The notes below the pieces were generated by a model. The model was not told where the DNA came from and searched no databases. It was given only the letters and a program-made list of their open reading frames with translations. The translations under genes and the position numbers were made by a program. A stretch of 64,000 bases of DNA from the NCBI GenBank assembly GCA_002269645.1, contig NIVC01000251.1, forward strand, positions 372,001 through 436,000, in the 5' to 3' direction. The first letter of the stretch is position 1, and each line of letters opens with the position of its first letter. This DNA comes from Macrostomum lignano (taxonomy: Eukaryota). Positions 61,470 to 64,000 of the stretch are shown here, one piece after another.

Positions 61470-63859
61470 TTTATCTACTCCCATTGACCATTGCTGCATG
61501 GCATTTATTAACTATCGTCACTTGTAATGGATTTTGTTTCTAAGTCTTCAAAAAATTGGAAAATATGCTATTTTTGCGTATTAAAACACTTAATCTATCT
61601 AACCACAAATTTTAACTCGTAGCGCTCAGCTTGCGTGTGTCTGCCTTGCGGTGTTTCATTTCTCTCGTGTCTCTATCCTGTAGCTCTATTGCGTCAATTC
61701 AGGAAATTTATTTTAAATAATTAATACGCTACTTCAAGTAGTTGATGTGCGCTTGATTAATATACTATATGTAACTAGTAGGTGGTGGATAAGTGTTTAT
61801 GTTTATGCAAAACTATTTATTCCCTGATTCCAATTGCAGTAGTTTCACTTTTGAATTTTATATTTGTGATGCTCAATACACGCATAAGCATATACATATG
61901 AGTCGTATATTTACGTATATTTTATATCAGTAAGTGCTATCATTTCGCTAGCTAAATTTTGTAACATGCAATTACGGGCCTGAATGTTTAAAGCTATCTG
62001 ATATAAAATTTATACTTGAGGCCTTTCAAGTCGTAAATTATTTGTTATAATAGATAGTAACAATTTTAAAGTACTGTTTCAAGGGCCTATGGAAGGGAGA
62101 CACACAGGACAATTTGTATATTTTTATATTAATTCAAGCACATGTTAAATTTAATACATACAAATTCATGCATCGATGCCACTTATGAAAGGTTTCAGAA
62201 CTTATAAACTGCACAAAACAGATTATATTTTGTTTAAGTTCTAAAAATTACACGAAACTAATGTACGTCCATCGCGGTCCGGTCCATATTTTTCATTGTC
62301 CCAATTGTTTTAAGGATAGCTGTCGTTAATTTATAGTTTCACTTGATTTTTAAAAGTTAAAATGATTTGCATTGCGTATCATATATTTTAATTTTTAAAT
62401 TAGATATTTAAAAACGATATGTATAATAATGATCACCAATTGTAAAAATGTTATCAATGTGTTACTGCATGAATCATTTCATTTTTTAACTTGCACATTA
62501 TAGTAAACTTCTATGTTTGCACATAGAGAATTTATCTAGCTGTCACTAACTTGTTAATAGATATTTTAATTTATTTTGATAATATTAGCATAGCGCGGTC
62601 ATTCGATGCTTATATTTTATTTCTTCTAATCAAAATGTGTTAATACAATATTTTTGTTATAAACTTTATTTTTCTCGGCGGCGTTTGTGGTGATTCGCGC
62701 CTTTAGCAAATTATTTGGTGATTCTCTTCCTCGATTCAATGGCTTTGTTAAATTAAAATGTAATAAACACCTCGTGTGCTTATATTAACACGCCTACATG
62801 TAAATTGAATATATAAATACATAACTATAGCTGTCACATCAACTGCCGGTCCCACTGCACGTGGATCGGATCAAATATCAATTCATATGCAGTTATATTT
62901 TCTGCATCTACTTTGTCTATTTTTTCAAAGCAACACTGTAGCTTATAAAACCGCCACATATTATTTTGAATATAAGAAATATTGCCATATTATTACAGAA
63001 ATACGAAACTACTTTTTAAATCGTGGTAATTGTCTTCCTTGTACTGGACTCGTCGTAAACAATTAATAAAGTACATGTTAAAACAAAAATGCAGACAGAA
63101 ACTAATTAGAGAAACAAATTTTGAAACATTCAAAACCTTTCGATCTAAGTTATTTATCTCGTTGGGGATAAAAAATTCATGCTTGCATCAGTCAGCCGGT
63201 TTAATTTTTAAATGTGCTCTCTAGATATGGCTACTGCAGTATTTTAATTAATGCAATCGTCGCTATAAAACACAGCGGGAGTATTAACTACCACTCTAAA
63301 AATCTAGCGGCTACTCAGCTAAATCATGATGAGCCTACACATCATATATGACTGACTGTGTATTTTTAAATGGCATATACGGTACATTAACTGCCTGCCT
63401 GCCTGTCTATGACATCCGCAAACTGCTGCTGTACATGACAGAAAAATTCTTGTTTATTCCTAACCCAGCTCTGCAACCCCCTAATCGCAGCAGTTATTCC
63501 ACCGTTTACCCGGGTCCTCTACATTGAAGTAGCTCACATATCGTTTATTAGTAATAGCTATATTTGTAGACAATTTCAGCAAATTATTCGTCTAATAGCT
63601 TCTCTGCTTCTTGAAAAATACTTGTCCTGCAACTGCAGGTGTTGATAATAATAATATTGCAATATATGGCAGGTTGAATCGGTTTTGATTGTGCTTTATT
63701 TCATTTACACTTTGTGTGAATGCATGTCTTGCAGGCAGCTTTGGATTGGCATTTTTCGGCGGAGGGTATGAGCGATTGAGTCTGCTCATTTAGTCTCCTT
63801 TCCCGTCTTTCCTCTCCGGCTCCTTCTGTGTCCCCTACAGCCTACCGCTCCCCTCCCTT

Positions 63860-64000
63860 CTCTCCCCCTCTCCCTCTCTCCCCTCTCCCTCTCTCCCCTC
63901 TCCCTCTCTCCCCTCTCCCTCTCTCCCCTCTCCCTCTCTCCCCTCTCCCTCTCTCCCCTCTCCCTCTCTCCCCTCTCCCTCTCTCCCCTCTCCCTCTCTC
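63860..64000. repeat. 15-bp CT repeat (TCCCTCTCTCCCCTC) running off the window
   Basis: Direct reading. Confidence 0.92.

Noticed and set aside
61300-63800. Short ORFs in the AT-rich tail
   Set aside because: Under 70 aa, with no splice or domain support; treated as 3' UTR or intergenic DNA.

Overview
Eukaryotic (metazoan) genomic DNA with GT-AG introns and very high tandem-repeat content. The style resembles the free-living flatworm Macrostomum, but this is an inference and not verified. Left to right: (1) the 3' part of a Ty3/Gypsy LTR retrotransposon, with an integrase fused in-frame to a ~430-aa extra region, a PPT and a probable 3' LTR packed with transcription-factor motifs; (2) a head-to-head pair of intronless genes, a coiled-coil/NHL-propeller protein (-) and PLBD1-like phospholipase B (+); (3) two decayed mariner elements, one carrying a piggyBac-like MITE that itself carries a hAT-like insertion; (4) a hAT MITE; (5) an ARHGAP39/Vilse-like gene (WW-WW-MyTH4-RhoGAP, at least 5 exons, 19389-45331) whose 20-kb intron holds a 5.85-kb TIR element encoding a coiled-coil+BEN-domain protein, a near-intact mariner and a 1.6-kb tandem duplication; (6) a 10-exon CRACR2A/Rab46-like large Rab (EF-hand, coiled coil, Rab; 779 aa predicted; 50551-61292). 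Nearly every intron longer than 100 bp is inflated by its own minisatellite. Most long ORFs in the supplied track are repeat read-throughs. No rRNA, tRNA or CRISPR features were recognised. Best novelty candidates: the BEN-carrying TIR element, the Gypsy pol extension and its AP-1/CRE/MEF2/kB-type LTR enhancer, systematic minisatellite inflation of introns, and a possibly impaired RhoGAP domain.
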